From: Guillardia theta CCMP2712
Taxonomy: Eukaryota > Protista > Cryptophyta
Direction: 5' to 3'
Length of the DNA: 64,000 nt
NCBI RefSeq assembly: GCF_000315625.1
Contig: NW_005434638.1
Location: 334,440 to 398,439 of the forward strand
A model generated the notes under the pieces. That model worked only from the letters and a program-made list of their open reading frames with translations. It was not told the DNA's origin and searched no databases. Position 1 is the stretch's first letter, and every line of letters begins with the position of its first letter. This document shows, one piece after another, positions 39,086 to 52,133 of the stretch. Made by a program: the position numbers and the translations under genes.

Positions 39086-41461
39086 TCAGGCAGCAGAACT
39101 TTCCTCATCTTCTACCGGGAACGAACCGTATTGTTGGTTCCACTCTATGTAGTTAGAGATGTCCTTGTCAGAAACGCTGGCTCGGACCTGAAGAGAGAAA
39201 TGATCAGCTGGACTAGTAAAAATACAAGGGGACACCTGTCTCAAAGCGTTCTTGAAATCTTGAATGTTGATCGGACGAACGCTTTGATTGAACTCGGGTC
39301 AGCTTTCTCCAGCTTAATCCACGGAAGTCAGATTACCTTTGAGCACTAATCCTCCGTATATCTGCAAGCCCTCGAATGGGACCCATCTGCAGACAGTGAG
39401 CTACATCGCATGCCACACCAAACGCCTTGACCGCAGCTTCGGTGCAGAGAGCCTTGACATCTGCTCCTGAATAGCCCTTGGTCAAGTTTGCAATTTCTTG
39501 GAGGTCCTGAAAGAAAAATTCTTCAAAGAGTGTTTGACCAAACAGCAATGGTGCACACCATTTCACAAAGGTCATGACTTTGATTCCTCATGAGATGTGT
39601 GACCAACTGTTGACGAGCTGCCGAGTCCGGGAGGGGGATGTACAGACGTTTCACCATCCTACGTCTTGCAGCCTCATCAAGTTCCTGCAGATTGAGGCGA
39701 AGCATCAGGTCGGACAACCGTTTCGCCTGAGAGTTGGTATACTTGTGGACGATTCGTGGCGCCAACGAGCAAGATCCTTTCCTCTTGAGAACAGGCAACG
39801 CCGTCCATTTGTACCAGAAACTCTGTCTTGACTCGTCTCGAAGCTTCGAAGTCTCCTTCTGATCGTTGTGACAGCAAGGAGTCGATTTCATCTATGAAGA
39901 TCACCGAAGGAGCCTGTTGATATTCGAAAATGTATGTAAATCAATCGCAATTCAGCAAATTCAATGTTTACATTGACACGCGCAACAGCAAATAGGGCCC
40001 TAACCATTTTCTCTCCCTCCCCTGCAATTTGGGTCAAATAAAGATACTTTCGTGAAAGCTCATCACCTATCCATTTTGACATGAGTGAACTAGCAGAGAT
40101 TGAGAAAAATGTTGCCCCTGACTCCGTAGCAATCGTCTTTCCAATCATGGTTTTCCCCGTTCCTGGAGGCCCAAACAGAAGCAACCCTTTGGGTGGCCCT
40201 CGCAGACCAGTAAAGATGTCTGGGCGAAGCATGGGCCAAACAACAATCTCCATCACACTTGCCTTAGCAAATTCGAGTCCAGCTATATCATCCCAACTTA
40301 TTCCAGGACTCTGATCCAATATCTCACTCTCGATCATTTCGATCATTTTCGGTTCAATGTTTTTGAGTCGAGGATCCGTGGGCTCAGAATCTGCTCTTTG
40401 AGGGTTCGAGTCACGTTGTCTTGATTCTTGATTCATGCCCCCCTCGTCACCATCTTCTTTTTTCATCCAGGGTGGTACAAAGGCGTTGTTCAGGTTCGAC
40501 CGTTTTCCGCCTAAAGTCTTTCTTTGACCTGCATTTGCTATATGCCAACCAGATGTATTTCCTCCTTGCATCTCGGAGCGATCATTCCTGTCAAACACTT
40601 TAATTGATCATCACAAGCAGTCTCCCTTGTTCACCTTTGCCCGTTTGCTTTGTCTAGCCTATACTTGTCAGATCCTGACATGAAATCGTTCGGTCTGTTC
40701 TGAGAATTTTCGTCTCGACCAGAGTTGGCAGTATGCTCTTCTTGTCTCCAACCTGCCACTGGACCCATGGCTCCATTGTTCCACCTTAAAGCAATAATGA
40801 GGGAAAATACAACCTATCTCATCAGCACGTCTCACCTGGAAGCAATGCTGTTCTCACATCTTCCTGAAACCTCGATTATTTTGCGCTTTCTCATCTCCTC
40901 CGATTGTTTCCACGGATTTGCTTCATTGTCCTGCAAAAGATTCTCCTTCATGTTGAGCCCCTGCGGTGGAGGAGCAATTTCCAACGAATTTCTTGCGGTC
41001 CCACCAACTATAGCGTTGAGTTCTTGGAAACGTCGGCAGGCTGCATGAGAGAAAGTAATCGAGTTGTCGATTTCCATTCTTTCAGCCTTCTTCATGCTCT
41101 TTTTCATCTCTTGAAATGCAGGCAGAGACCAAATCTCGTCGAAATCGAAGGAAAAGCTCTCCTGATCATGCTGCAACTGCGGGCCGCAAGCATGCACCAC
41201 CTGCATCACATCATCGTCGGAGACGTAGGCTCTCATCGCCCTCTGGAGCCTCGACGAAACATCTTCTCTCACTGTAAACGAAGTATGCAGAAGGTCCTTG
41301 CAGTCCACTGTCCTGTCCAATTCCATCCAGAATGGATCTTCGAGCATCAGCGAGCACTTCTGAAGGTTCTTCACTTTCATGGCAGGGTTCAAAGAATCGG
41401 TCAACGACAGCATTGCATCTGCAAATAGCCGACTCTTCATCGTCTCTGGCCTTGCCTGCAT
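39086..41461 (-). CDS. FIGNL1: Fidgetin-like 1 AAA ATPase (multi-exon)
   Basis: [88 protein letters not shown] and C-terminal [11 protein letters not shown]. Confidence 0.92.
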
Positions 41462-42122
41462 GTTGGAGTGATACAGATCGTCTCCTGCTCCTCCTGCTCC
41501 TCCTGCTCCTCCTGCTCCTCCTGCTCCTCCTGCTCCTCAGTTGTCTTCAGAAAATTTCACCTTCCCGCCAAAAAACCATTCAAGGATTTCAGGTATTATT
41601 TTGAGTAAAAGAATTAGTTGACCCGGGCCTACCACGTGACCCGGCAAACTTGAAGTTTACTCACAGGCTGAGAGTCACAGCTGAGAGGCTGAGAGGGGGC
41701 TTTCCTAGCCCTCTCATGTCTGGATGCTTGGGTTTCACATCCTAGCATACAGTCTATCTCTCATGTGCTCCTCAATTCTGATTTTGTGTGGCATAAAACT
41801 CGGAGTCGGTCTTGAGCAAAAACTGTCTTGTCGATGTGATATCTGCGTGACTTTGGTATAGTACAAGTCTAACAAGGCTTGTGCTCCGTCAACTTGTCAG
41901 GGTCAAGTCACAAGTTGCCCAGCTCTCCGGGGGCAGAGTCCTCAAATGCGGTGGCAGAGGCTCAATGTGAGCACTGTCCGATCGGCACTGAGCAGTGCAA
42001 CGGCGGTCACCGGGCGGCCGCGGGAGTCCTCGGGCCGGGCCCCGGCAAGTGTGAGGGAAATTTGAACTTGAGATGTAAAATTTCAAAAATTTGGAGGGAA
42101 AGCGAACCAAGGGAAGGCAGTC

Positions 42123-45006
42123 ATGGAGGCGAAGGTGAAGATACTCGGGAGGTGAGTGGCATGCAGAGGATGAAAGATGCGAAGACAAGAAGCAGAGGAT
42201 GAAGGAGTGAGGGAGAAGGGTACATGCGCTAGGATTGGAACTAACAGATCCTGTCTGCAAAGTTATCTCAATCCTTCCAGGCAATACACTGACAAAGTTT
42301 TTCTTCAGCAACCATGAGCTTTCGAATCTGACCGACAAGTCGATCCGTCGCACCCGTGAGACCATATCCTCGGAATGGCGGCGGAAGACACGGCAGCTCA
42401 TCCGTATAGAAGAGAAGAAGTGAATCTCTGCTCCTCCGCTCCTTGCTGCTGAACCTGCTGAACCTGCTGAACCAACTTCAGGTTCGGTCGAGATCTCTCG
42501 GCGGATGAGCTCGAACATTTCATATCCGTGATTAAACAAGACAAGCTGCCCCGGCAAAAGCGAGTGCAGGCCTGCCAGGTACAATCTCTCCTTAGTCTGG
42601 TGCACCTGACATGTTGTGAATTGCGATTGGGATGAAAGGCACTGATGGAGGTTCTTGCTGCCTCCTTCCTTCCCTCCTTCCTGATGCTTTCCCAGGGCAT
42701 CATCTTCCTCTTCGTCCGAGAGCCCATGATAGCATCTCATCTGATCTCCAACTTCTTCCTCGTAGTGCTGCTGTCCTGCCCGAGCCCCCTCTGATTCTAG
42801 CTTGCTAGGAGCTCGTGACGCAGGCTGAGGAGAGTACTCGAGTTCTCTCTCTGGATCTTCTCTTCAACTTGTCGCTGCGCTCCCAGGTGCTCGCTACGGA
42901 TCGATATGCTGTCACCCGCATCCCGTCGGAGGAGCATTCGTACAGCATCCGCTACGACTACCTGGTCGACTCCATCAACTGCTCCCTGCGTGAGATTCTT
43001 CTCCGAGTGAGCTTAATGAGTTCTCTGCTGAGAGGCTGACAGCTACCAGATGGTCAACACCCTGTCGCATCTCAGAGAGACGAGAGGTGCGATGGTTGAT
43101 CATGTGGCTTCCCCTGATTTCCCGGTAGAGAAAGTCTGGCAAGCCGCTACCACTTGCATGCTTGCTCTTGTCACCATCGAAGGCCATGTAGACGAGCAAG
43201 CAGTCTTGCTGGTAGACCTGCAGACTGCCTTTGACATCCTCAAGTGAGACGACGACCAGCATCTGCTCTGCTGATTCTTTCGAAGTTATGCAGGGCTAAA
43301 GGCAAGAAGCCGAGGGAGCCGCTTAGGCATGCAGCTCCTGGCCTTCGCTTTACAGCAGAAGACGGTATCTCAAGTCCGTGAATTTCTTCTCAACACAAAC
43401 GTGATGCGGACCATTGCGCATCTTGTGCGAGAAACAACCATGCTTGAAGAGCAAGCTTGTCTCGTGCAGGTATGAGAGCCAACCCACTTCTCTCCGTGCT
43501 AAGCTGCTGACAACTAGATCTTCTGCTCGCTGCTCGCATGTCATGCTCGCTGCTCGCAAGTCGACTGGACGCATTCACGGATCAACGCTGGCACATGCGA
43601 GTCTCCCAGCAAGCTGTCATCCGACGAGCTGGAGGTGAGGAGCCTGTGTGCTTCAGTTCGGCTCACCGGGGGAGTAGATGTTGATCTCAGCCCTATGGAC
43701 TTACAGAGGCAAGGTAGCTGAGGTCTGGGTGGAGCGAGTAGCCCCCAAGCTTCTTCCTCCTTCCCTAGACACACCCGATCGCCAACGGGCTGAGCGTGCG
43801 ATGCGGGAGATGCTGGAGGACTGCCAGGCATTGAAGGAGGATGAGCGTCCGCCCGATAGTCTGATGCAGCAGGTGAGCTGAGCTGGTTCCCCAGCTAGTT
43901 GTTGAGGTGGCAGCAGACGCACGACGACACAGGGGACGAGACTGCTGCTGCCATGCAGGCCCTGGCACTTCACGTCATCTCTGACGACGAGTCGAGCGTC
44001 GACATTGCTATCGCCTGGCTGTTTCATCTTAACGTACTCGTACCTTCCTCCTCCTCCTCCTTCTCTCCTTTCTCCACGCCTTCCTTCAGCAGCTGACGAG
44101 TGTTTGAGCACAGCAGAAGAGTGAGGGCAGCGTGCTAGTACAAGCGATGGAAAGGGAGCTGCTCCGGCTTGGAACAAGAGCGCATGAGTGCTTCTTTACC
44201 GTGACCTCCCTTCTTGTGTAAGTATGGAAGTAGAGGAGGACGAGGACGAGCACGAGGACGAGAATTCCTCTAACTCCACTTGTCAGGCACGAAGCTCGTC
44301 AGCTCGCAGTCCTCGACAGCTCCGCATGGCAGCAGGCGCAAGCTCGTCAGCTGCATGTCGATGGATGGCTGCCAAGGATGAGAAGCTGACGGAGGTTCGC
44401 AGGTCCTGCGGGAGCGTCTTGAGCTGCTCCTGGGAGTTGTGGAGGAACCGCGGACTGACTTGCTCGTGCGAGTGACGCGCTTGCTCCTCTCAGTCCTCCT
44501 GGCGGCCCCGGGGCAGACATCTCCCTCCTCGTCGACCTCAGCATTCCTCGCGGGGGAGATGGTGGGGATGATGAAGTAGCGACTGCTCGCTGCTCTGACT
44601 TGTCCTGCAGAAGCCGAACCTGGATGTCCTCTCCATGTCTCCTCTCGCCGTGAGCGCCGGCAGGGTCCTGACTGCCTCCTGGCCTTGACAAGCAGCTGGC
44701 AGGTCATGCACTACTTGCTGGATACCATCCCCTCGGATGAAGCTGAGGTGATGCCCTGCTCTAGAGCTCCCTTCCCCTCAGCTGCTCTCCCGTGCAGCTC
44801 CGACGAGCTCTGCTGCTGCTGCTGCTGGAGGCGTTTGACGGAGACCCTGAAGAGTTCGAAGAGGAAGTCTCGCCTCTTCCCATGTGAGAGCCTTCTCGGC
44901 CGCCTGCCCCGTGGGTCTGACCCGCCGGCTCAGGTTCCTCCATGCCCTCCAGGGCGACGCAGACGAGTGGGTGATAGAGCTCGTGACAAGGAGGATGGAG
45001 CTATGA
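42123..45006 (+). CDS. Hypothetical alpha-helical (ARM/HEAT-like) protein, many short exons
   Basis: Regular alternation of ~45-nt GT-AG introns and helical coding exons, such as KVWQAATTCMLALV and REFLLNTNVMRTIAHLV. Terminal ...VIELVTRRMEL*. No family recognised. Confidence 0.45.
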
Positions 45007-45779
45007 GTGCATTGCAGCACATCTATTCATTCTATTCATGCTTCGCCTCTTCTGAAAGAATCATCACAATCCCTCTTGCCAATTCCACATTTCTACTTTC
45101 GTGGTAGTCATCTTAGGTATGAAGTTTTCATTCAGATGCCTGCTGCTTGTTAGTTGGCTTATCCACTGTTTCCATTCTTCTGATTGTTACAACCAAACGT
45201 ATCTCACACCGTCCCATGGCCATTCCATCACCTTGTCGCTGATGTCTCGACCTGTGCTGAATCACCAGCCTCCTGCTGATGTTGAGCTGGACAATTCTTC
45301 AGGATTACCAGACCCGTGAAGAAACAGCAGAACCTGGTTCGTTCCTCCCATGAACTCCTTTGCCATCCTCTTGAAGATATTTTATCTGCATGAGTCGTCC
45401 CTCTGTCTCGATTGATGAGAGCAATACATCAGGTTTGTTGAAGCCTCCGAATGATCGTCGTCCCGGTCATTATCGAATCAGAGCTCTTCGGTCTCAAGCA
45501 AGTGACAACGTCCCTCGTGCTTGCTGTGCATGCGAAGCTCCAACATGTAACACCGCGCTTTTATCGAGAGTTCTAGAGTCCCTGGGAAAGCGTTCAAATA
45601 GAACCTGAACTAAATGCAATGTGGCTTACTGAATATCTGACATGAACCTTTCAAGGTCGAACATTTGATAGAGAGTATGTGTGACGTCAAATTTTACTTT
45701 TTCTTGAGGAAATCCTACAAGAATGGATATGACTCGGGAGAAATTCTTTAGGACATCAATCTAAGGCGTCTGTTGCCTT

Positions 45780-47297
45780 TTACATGTGCAAGTTGAGAAT
45801 AGAAACAGCGATGGCCATCACAAAGCTTCCAGCTGCGTACGTCAGCTGCACTCCAGCTGAGAAGGTTTCATGGCTCTCTTCTCCGCCTCCACAAGCTGCC
45901 TCCAACGCTTCCATCGGAGTCATGCCAATCACGACGCCAGCGGTTGGCTTCCCGGTCACTGTGAAACTTCTTCCAGTAGACAAGACCGAGTCGTCCTTTA
46001 TGTCTATCTCTGTGATCTTGGACTGATCAGGGTCGAGCAAGTACATCTTATGGTAGCCCAATACAAGCTGATACTTGCTCGTAGACGTGAAAGGCTCCAC
46101 CACCTTGAGCGAAGCCAGCTCTTTCCAGCTGGAGCTCACGTCGTACAGCTTCACCTCACCGCTCGTGTAGAACGCGACGAATACTTTGCCGCTCACCATT
46201 TCGAATCCATAAGAGACAGGAATGACACCTGCTGGGACCGCCATGACGTCATTGACTGTGTAACTCTTGTCGCCCCCTCTCCAGCGGACAAAGCTTCTAG
46301 AGCCGTCTTTGTTGTAGACTCCTACAAGAACAGCCTGGTTATCATGACCGACGAAGGTGCCGATGGATCCTCCAGCTTCATGATACTTTACATTGAAAGA
46401 CTCGATCGCGTCGTTGCTGTATTTTACCGCCAGGAAGTAGCTGTTTTGGAGGTTGATGCCCCCTCGTCCATTTCCGCAGCCGATCGCGTGCCATCCTCCC
46501 ATTCCCATCGCATGACCATGATAGCCCGGACAGTCTCTGGGAGTGTTCCATGCGACGTCAACGTTTCCGGACGCTGTCTTCTTCACTGCCTTGAATTGAC
46601 TGGAAAGCGAGTCGCACGACGTGTGAGGTGTCGCACAGGCGCTGCTGTTGAACGCTGGGTTGGGTAGAGAGACGAGGAAGACATCTTGCGCCAAAGGCAC
46701 AGCAATGCCATGCTGAGGAGCCATCCAGGTGGAGTCAAACTCGATCCTGCTGTCCAAGGTCTTCTTGGTGGTGTCAGCTAGCATCGAGAGTCTGTCGTCA
46801 ATGGCGACAGCTCGAGACCTAACAGTCGGCTCGTTCTGGGGAGCTGACGTTCCATCGAAGAAGATGACCATACGGTTGTAACCACCAGAGAAGTGCGTGG
46901 GAAGTTTGCAGTCTGTACACTTCCCCTCAATACTGAACTTGGTCGGGTCGGACTTGCTGACGTCCGCATGGTCTCCATGTGACTCGAGCGAGAGACCTGA
47001 ATGGACGAGGAAGAACTCGTGGAGGGCCCTGAAGTTAACGACGACACTCTTATAGTCAGATGTTGGATAGATAGCTGCAGGGGTGGTCCCGATCCCGTCT
47101 ATCTCTTTCTCCACTTTTCCGTCGTCGAGGTCGAGGACTCGTACCATGGAGCTTCCCGTATCGGTGAAGACCATGCGTCCAGACGTACAAGAGCCATGTT
47201 CTTCATCATTAGCACCATGGCATTCTTGGGGCAAGCATGCCAGAGCAGCAAGGAGGACCAGAGGTAGGAGGGGGAGGGCGCTCAAGTGCATGGGCAT
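45780..47297 (-). CDS. Intronless secreted, probably GPI-anchored His-rich beta-propeller similar to the bacterial zinc metallochaperone AztD
   Basis: 505-aa single ORF with a signal peptide. Motifs VRVLDLDDG, SGLSLESHGDH, PTHF...IFFDG, HGIAVP, CPGYHG and IGC appear in the AztD order. The C-terminus is small residues followed by a hydrophobic tail. Confidence 0.75.
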   Translation of the reverse strand: MPMHLSALPLLPLVLLAALACLPQECHGANDEEHGSCTSGRMVFTDTGSSMVRVLDLDDGKVEKEIDGIGTTPAAIYPTSDYKSVVVNFRALHEFFLVHSGLSLESHGDHADVSKSDPTKFSIEGKCTDCKLPTHFSGGYNRMVIFFDGTSAPQNEPTVRSRAVAIDDRLSMLADTTKKTLDSRIEFDSTWMAPQHGIAVPLAQDVFLVSLPNPAFNSSACATPHTSCDSLSSQFKAVKKTASGNVDVAWNTPRDCPGYHGHAMGMGGWHAIGCGNGRGGINLQNSYFLAVKYSNDAIESFNVKYHEAGGSIGTFVGHDNQAVLVGVYNKDGSRSFVRWRGGDKSYTVNDVMAVPAGVIPVSYGFEMVSGKVFVAFYTSGEVKLYDVSSSWKELASLKVVEPFTSTSKYQLVLGYHKMYLLDPDQSKITEIDIKDDSVLSTGRSFTVTGKPTAGVVIGMTPMEALEAACGGGEESHETFSAGVQLTYAAGSFVMAIAVSILNLHM

Positions 47298-48616
47298 GCT
47301 CCTGTGCGATTCTCGTCCGTCTCGTCGAGAATTTATTCCCTAAAACCTCTGCAAAATGCACCCCCAGCTCTCATGGTGTATAACCCCATAAAAGACGGTC
47401 AAAGACAGGGGTGGTGGAGCGAAGGGTGGAACAGCAATTGTCGTCCTACCCCCCTCCGAGCCCTCAAAAAGGGGGGTGGTGACCAAGCTTGAAAAAATGT
47501 TTCCGCCCGCAAACCTTGGAGCTTGCTGAGGTAGGACCGGTGTAGAAGATGTTTTTAGAGGGGGGGGCAGGGGGTAGGGGGTAGGGGTGGAGAACATAGA
47601 TATAGAATAATGTTTCCCCCGGAAGAATAATTGCCCCTACTACCTGAAGAAAGACGCTACTGAGCTGCCGGGTTAAGTTCATCACAACTTGCCGTGACGT
47701 CCGAACGTCCGACTAGTAGGTGGAGGAGAGGACTCCAGACACGGTTGCCGCTCTCAAGCGAGCGGCAACCGTGGCACTTCTCATACCGGACGCCCGGGCC
47801 TTGCCGCGGGCCCAGTGGCCCAGACGGTGGACGCCTACGGTAGCTCACAGTGGGAATAGGATGACGATACCAGACAGCATGGTACTGATCTGATTTGTGA
47901 TCCACCGTCCTGCATGTTGTTTCCAAGTTTGAAACTCATTCCATGGTATTTTCCAATGCTCAATTATAAACTTAAACATTGATAAGCCTAGGCTGAGGTA
48001 CCCCGCTCGAAAATCGGATAAAAAGCGAGCATTGAGAAAATACCATGGAAAGTTAGTCCTCCCCAGGCTCTCTCGCCGTGACAAACATACCGACGAGTCG
48101 TTACAACTTGAACGGCGTCACTCAGTCCTGATGTAGTAGCAGCCTGGCAGTACTACGGTAACTACGTGACCATCCAGCGATGGTCACTCGGAGTCACTGT
48201 CACCCGAGTCCTATCTCATCTTGGACCGGCGTTGCCAAGTTGTTCAAGTTCAATCGGATGGGGCAGACAGCACTACATCCGATTCTTGATTGTCAATGTC
48301 TCTTAGCTTACTGCGGCGGCTTGGCTTGCGGTCGCCGCGGCTGAGGCCGGGCCAGCCGCGTGATGGGAGGGCTCGGCCCGCCGACAGGCCGGGCCCCCGG
48401 CCCAGTCACGGGCCGTCGGTAACTGGGGCCTGTACAGTGGGGCCTGTAAGTGAAATCCTGTACGAGCGGGGATGTGGGTCCAACAGGGGATGCGAATGGA
48501 CCGGGAGTGGAGCAGAGGAATGGGAGGGAGGAAGGGAGGATGATGATGATGGAGGGAGCGGGAGGAAGGGAGGAGGAGGAGGGGCAGGCGAGAGGTGCCG
48601 CATCGAAGATTCTGCT

Positions 48617-51600
48617 ATGGCCAGGCATGTCCAAGGAGGTTGCAGACGTCGCTCTGACGAGTATGGCTCTCCCTCCTCCTCTGTGCTCCTGATATGCATG
48701 TTAGCTCCGCTCTATGCTGGGGGCCTGTCGGTTTGCAGCCTCGCGATGCTCATGGCGGCAGGATCGCGACAAGATATCTGGAGCATCCTCAACAACGTCA
48801 AGCTACGCGGAAGCAGCTCAGAGACCATGAATGCTCTCTCGCAGGCCATTCGACGACTCATGACTGTCCCGTGCCTGAGAGTTGGAGCATCCGGTAGAGG
48901 AGGAGAGAGGATGTGACGCGAGTGATTCTCGTCTGAAGGTCTCTTGCTCATGGTGCTCGGCGAGCTTCGCTTCAGGTGTGATCGTCGTCCTTAGCGGAGG
49001 AGCAGCTGACCTTGACGATAGGCGGGCGATCCGGCGCCTGGAGATCCCTCTCTGCAGAGGGGCTTGGAACTCCTTCCTCGCATGCTTCTGTCCAGGCCCG
49101 CTGACAACCATGATCCAAGCCCTCGCTGCCTACTCCTACACGCGCTTGAGCGCCTCCAACCAGCAGATGGCCAGATGGGCGGTGGGGGTGCATGCTGTGG
49201 GGTCTATGGCCGCGTGGGTCAGGTTGGTTGGAGGAAGAGACCCGGCTCGGAGCGTCTGATCTCTGTCAAGGTCTCTGCGAAAGATCTACTCGGTCCGCAA
49301 CTCGATGTCTGTCCTCCCCCGGGACGTGGAGACCGGCAGGTTCACCGCCCGTCTTCACTGGTAACGCGCGGGGGGGCCGGTGCTTCCCTGACAGGATGGC
49401 AGGGACCTCAAGTCGATCCCGGAGACGGTTGAGTTCATCGAGATCTACTTCTCGTCCGAGACCACCTGCCCGGAGACAGACAACAGGAGGATCGACACCG
49501 TCCTCAAGTCCTTCAGCCCGGCCAAGCGCAAGGCTGCGGACTGCATCAACATAGAGCAATGGGACCACTCGTACAAGCGGCTGGTGGTGGACAGGAGCTG
49601 CAGGGAGAAGAACTCAGAAGACTTGTCGGTGACTGTCAAGGGCCTGCGACCAGGCTTGTCCTACTCGATGTTTGTGGTGGGAGTGAGCAAGGGAGGAGTT
49701 CGGGGCAACCAGTCCAAGGTTGACGAGGCAGAGAGGGAAGCTGACGAGCTGACGGGTTTGCAGATCTTCTCCTTCACTACCAGCGGAGGCATCTTGGGCT
49801 CTCAGGCGCTTCGGTTCGCGCTCGCAGCTGTGACGTGCAAATGCGCGAGGGAGAAAACCATGATCGACGCCCAGGTGAGCGCCTGACGCCCCGAGGAAAC
49901 ACTGACTGCTCCCAGGCAAAGCTCCGAACGCTGATGAACTCTGATCCGAGCGGGGAGAGGTGAAGCAGCTCGCGATGTTGGTCGTGACTGAGAGGAGAGC
50001 AGGTCTCTGAGAAGCAGCCTGAGGTTCGAGATGTGCATGGAGCAGCTGGAGCAGGGACCCATCTTCCACTCGTCCTACCGCGATGGTGATTCCTCGTTGC
50101 GGTCTGTCTGGGAGGATCCTCTGGTCAGCTCAGAGAGGGCAACTAAGGTGCTCCCTTCCTCGCTCGTCGTTCTTCCCCGTTCACTCCCCACCTCATGCAG
50201 GCATGGGAGCACCTTGTGTCCGCCGCGATCGCCATGGTCGACGACTTGAGGATCGTGTGGTGAGTCAGTGGAGGAGGGAGGAAGGGGAGGGGCTGAAGCT
50301 GCACGTGCGAGAAGGTGGGGGAATGAAAAGGAGGAGGAGGAAGCACCTTTCTTCGTCGCATGCAACTCAACCATCGCCGTCATCTGCATCTCAGGTGTGA
50401 CAAGCGAGTTCGACTTGCGCTAAGAGACTTTCAGATCAGTGGAGGAACGATGAAATGACGCTGAAGCCCAACAACGTTGTCGAGAGGTATGTTGTTGTGA
50501 AAGGCGATGATGGTGATAATAAGGATGAGGGTAAGTAATGGTGATGACGACGATGTTGCTGATGCTGCTGCTGCTGCTGTCTTCGTCGTAATGACGATGA
50601 CGATGACGATTATTCTGCTATAGCGTGATGACGATAGCGTGGGATCGATGTTGGATGATTATCTTGAATCGTAGAGGAGATTGTAGTCCCTCACATCTTG
50701 AGCAGGGTTGGATTCGGACGCATGCAACGTGAAGCGTCAGAGCTTCTGATAGATGTCTGCTCCAAGCTACACAACTCACCCCAGGTCCCTACAGAATGCA
50801 GACGAGCAAAGGAGGACGGGATGGGGAAGAGACAGAGGGGACGGGGAGGAGAGCAGGAGAGGGGGATGGAGAGGGGCAAGGAGGAAAGGAGGGGAGGGAG
50901 AGGAGCAGGGAGGAGGGGAGGGAGGAGCTTAAAGTCTGAAGCAGGTCTGGAGGTTCATCCTCCACCGTGAGCTGCTTGTCACTGGTTTCGGTCTTGCCGG
51001 AGCTGCTGCCCACCTGTGGAGCGCCCAGGTAAGGCATGCGCGACTTGCTCCTCCTCCTCTCACTCGCGACTACAGGAACTGAAGATACTCTCTTGGCCTG
51101 TGGTATGCAAGACGTTCTACAGGTTGCTGGCTCCCTTGCCCTTGTTCCCCTTCTCCTTGCCCTACTCTCCCCCCCCCACCCCCTTCCCCGCCTCCTCCCC
51201 CCTCCTACTCCTCCTCCTCCTCCTCCTCCTCATTTTCTGGCTCTATCCTTTCCTCTTCTTCGTCTCCTCTCCCTCTCCTTGTCCTCCTCATACGTTTCCA
51301 GTGTCGCGCTGGCCCCTCCATTCCCAGGAGACACAGCTCTTGCCAGCAAGGTGACACGATGCCGCCGGTTCCCTTCCTCATGCTCCAGCAGGTTCGGGCC
51401 AGTCAAGACTCCGCATTCGAGAACGTCTTCTTCCCTGGCGATCCCGTCCGATATCTCCCCGCTTACCCCCTCACTTACCGTAGTGCCTTCCCCTCTCCCT
51501 CCTCTCCCTCACCCTCCTCCAGGACTCTTCTCGCGCGTTGGCCCCTGGTTTCGCTGCTTGCTCGGCTCCTCCATCAGGGTTCTCATCCTACCCGCCATGC

Positions 51601-52074
51601 TCGTCTCAAAGTTGCTGCTGCAGTCCAGCCCTCGTCTCCCTGACGACCTGATTAGGCTACTCGGTGCTCGCTACCACTGCGTCTACAGCCCCCCGAGCGT
51701 CTCCTACGAGCATGTCGGGAAGACCTTCCTCCTCCAGCCCCAGCAGCCGACGGCAACGCAAGAGTGAGTTGGTCGCAACTATGGCGGCTGCTAACGCCCA
51801 GCATGGCAGAGGTCAGCCAGAACACGTCCTCGTGCACGAGGAGCGACAGCCATGGAACATCTCCAAGGTGAAATGCTATGTGCGAGCTCCGTGCCCTGTC
51901 TCTTCTCCCTCAGCTCACTTCCTCTCTTCCTGAAGCTTCCCCCCCCCTTCCTCTGTCCTTCTCTTCTGATGGCCTTGCCAGTACTTGCGGAAGCAGCGGC
52001 AGGAGGACTTGCGGCTCCACTCTCTCGACCTCTACCACGACAAACTCATACGGCTACACAGCATGACAGTCTGA
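48617..52074 (+). CDS. Membrane protein with FN3-like domain and degenerate class-3 lipase (alpha/beta-hydrolase) domain
   Basis: N-terminal hydrophobic segments, then FN3-like TVKGLRPGLSYSMFVVGV. Lipase-3-like elements follow in order: LLVTGFGLAGAAAHL, ALAPPFPG, FENVFFPGDPVRYLP, YEHVGK and LHSLDLY. Stop TGA at 52074. Confidence 0.55.
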
Positions 52075-52133
52075 CATCTTTCAACGTAATTTCACCTACA
52101 TGACCCATACGGCCCTCCCTCCTCTCTCCCTCC

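Noticed and set aside
47690-48450. CCGG/GTGAC-rich patches (also 38790-38960, 42000-42050, 30340-30390) as a possible mobile element
   Set aside because: No terminal inverted repeats, target-site duplication or transposase fragment could be identified by eye.
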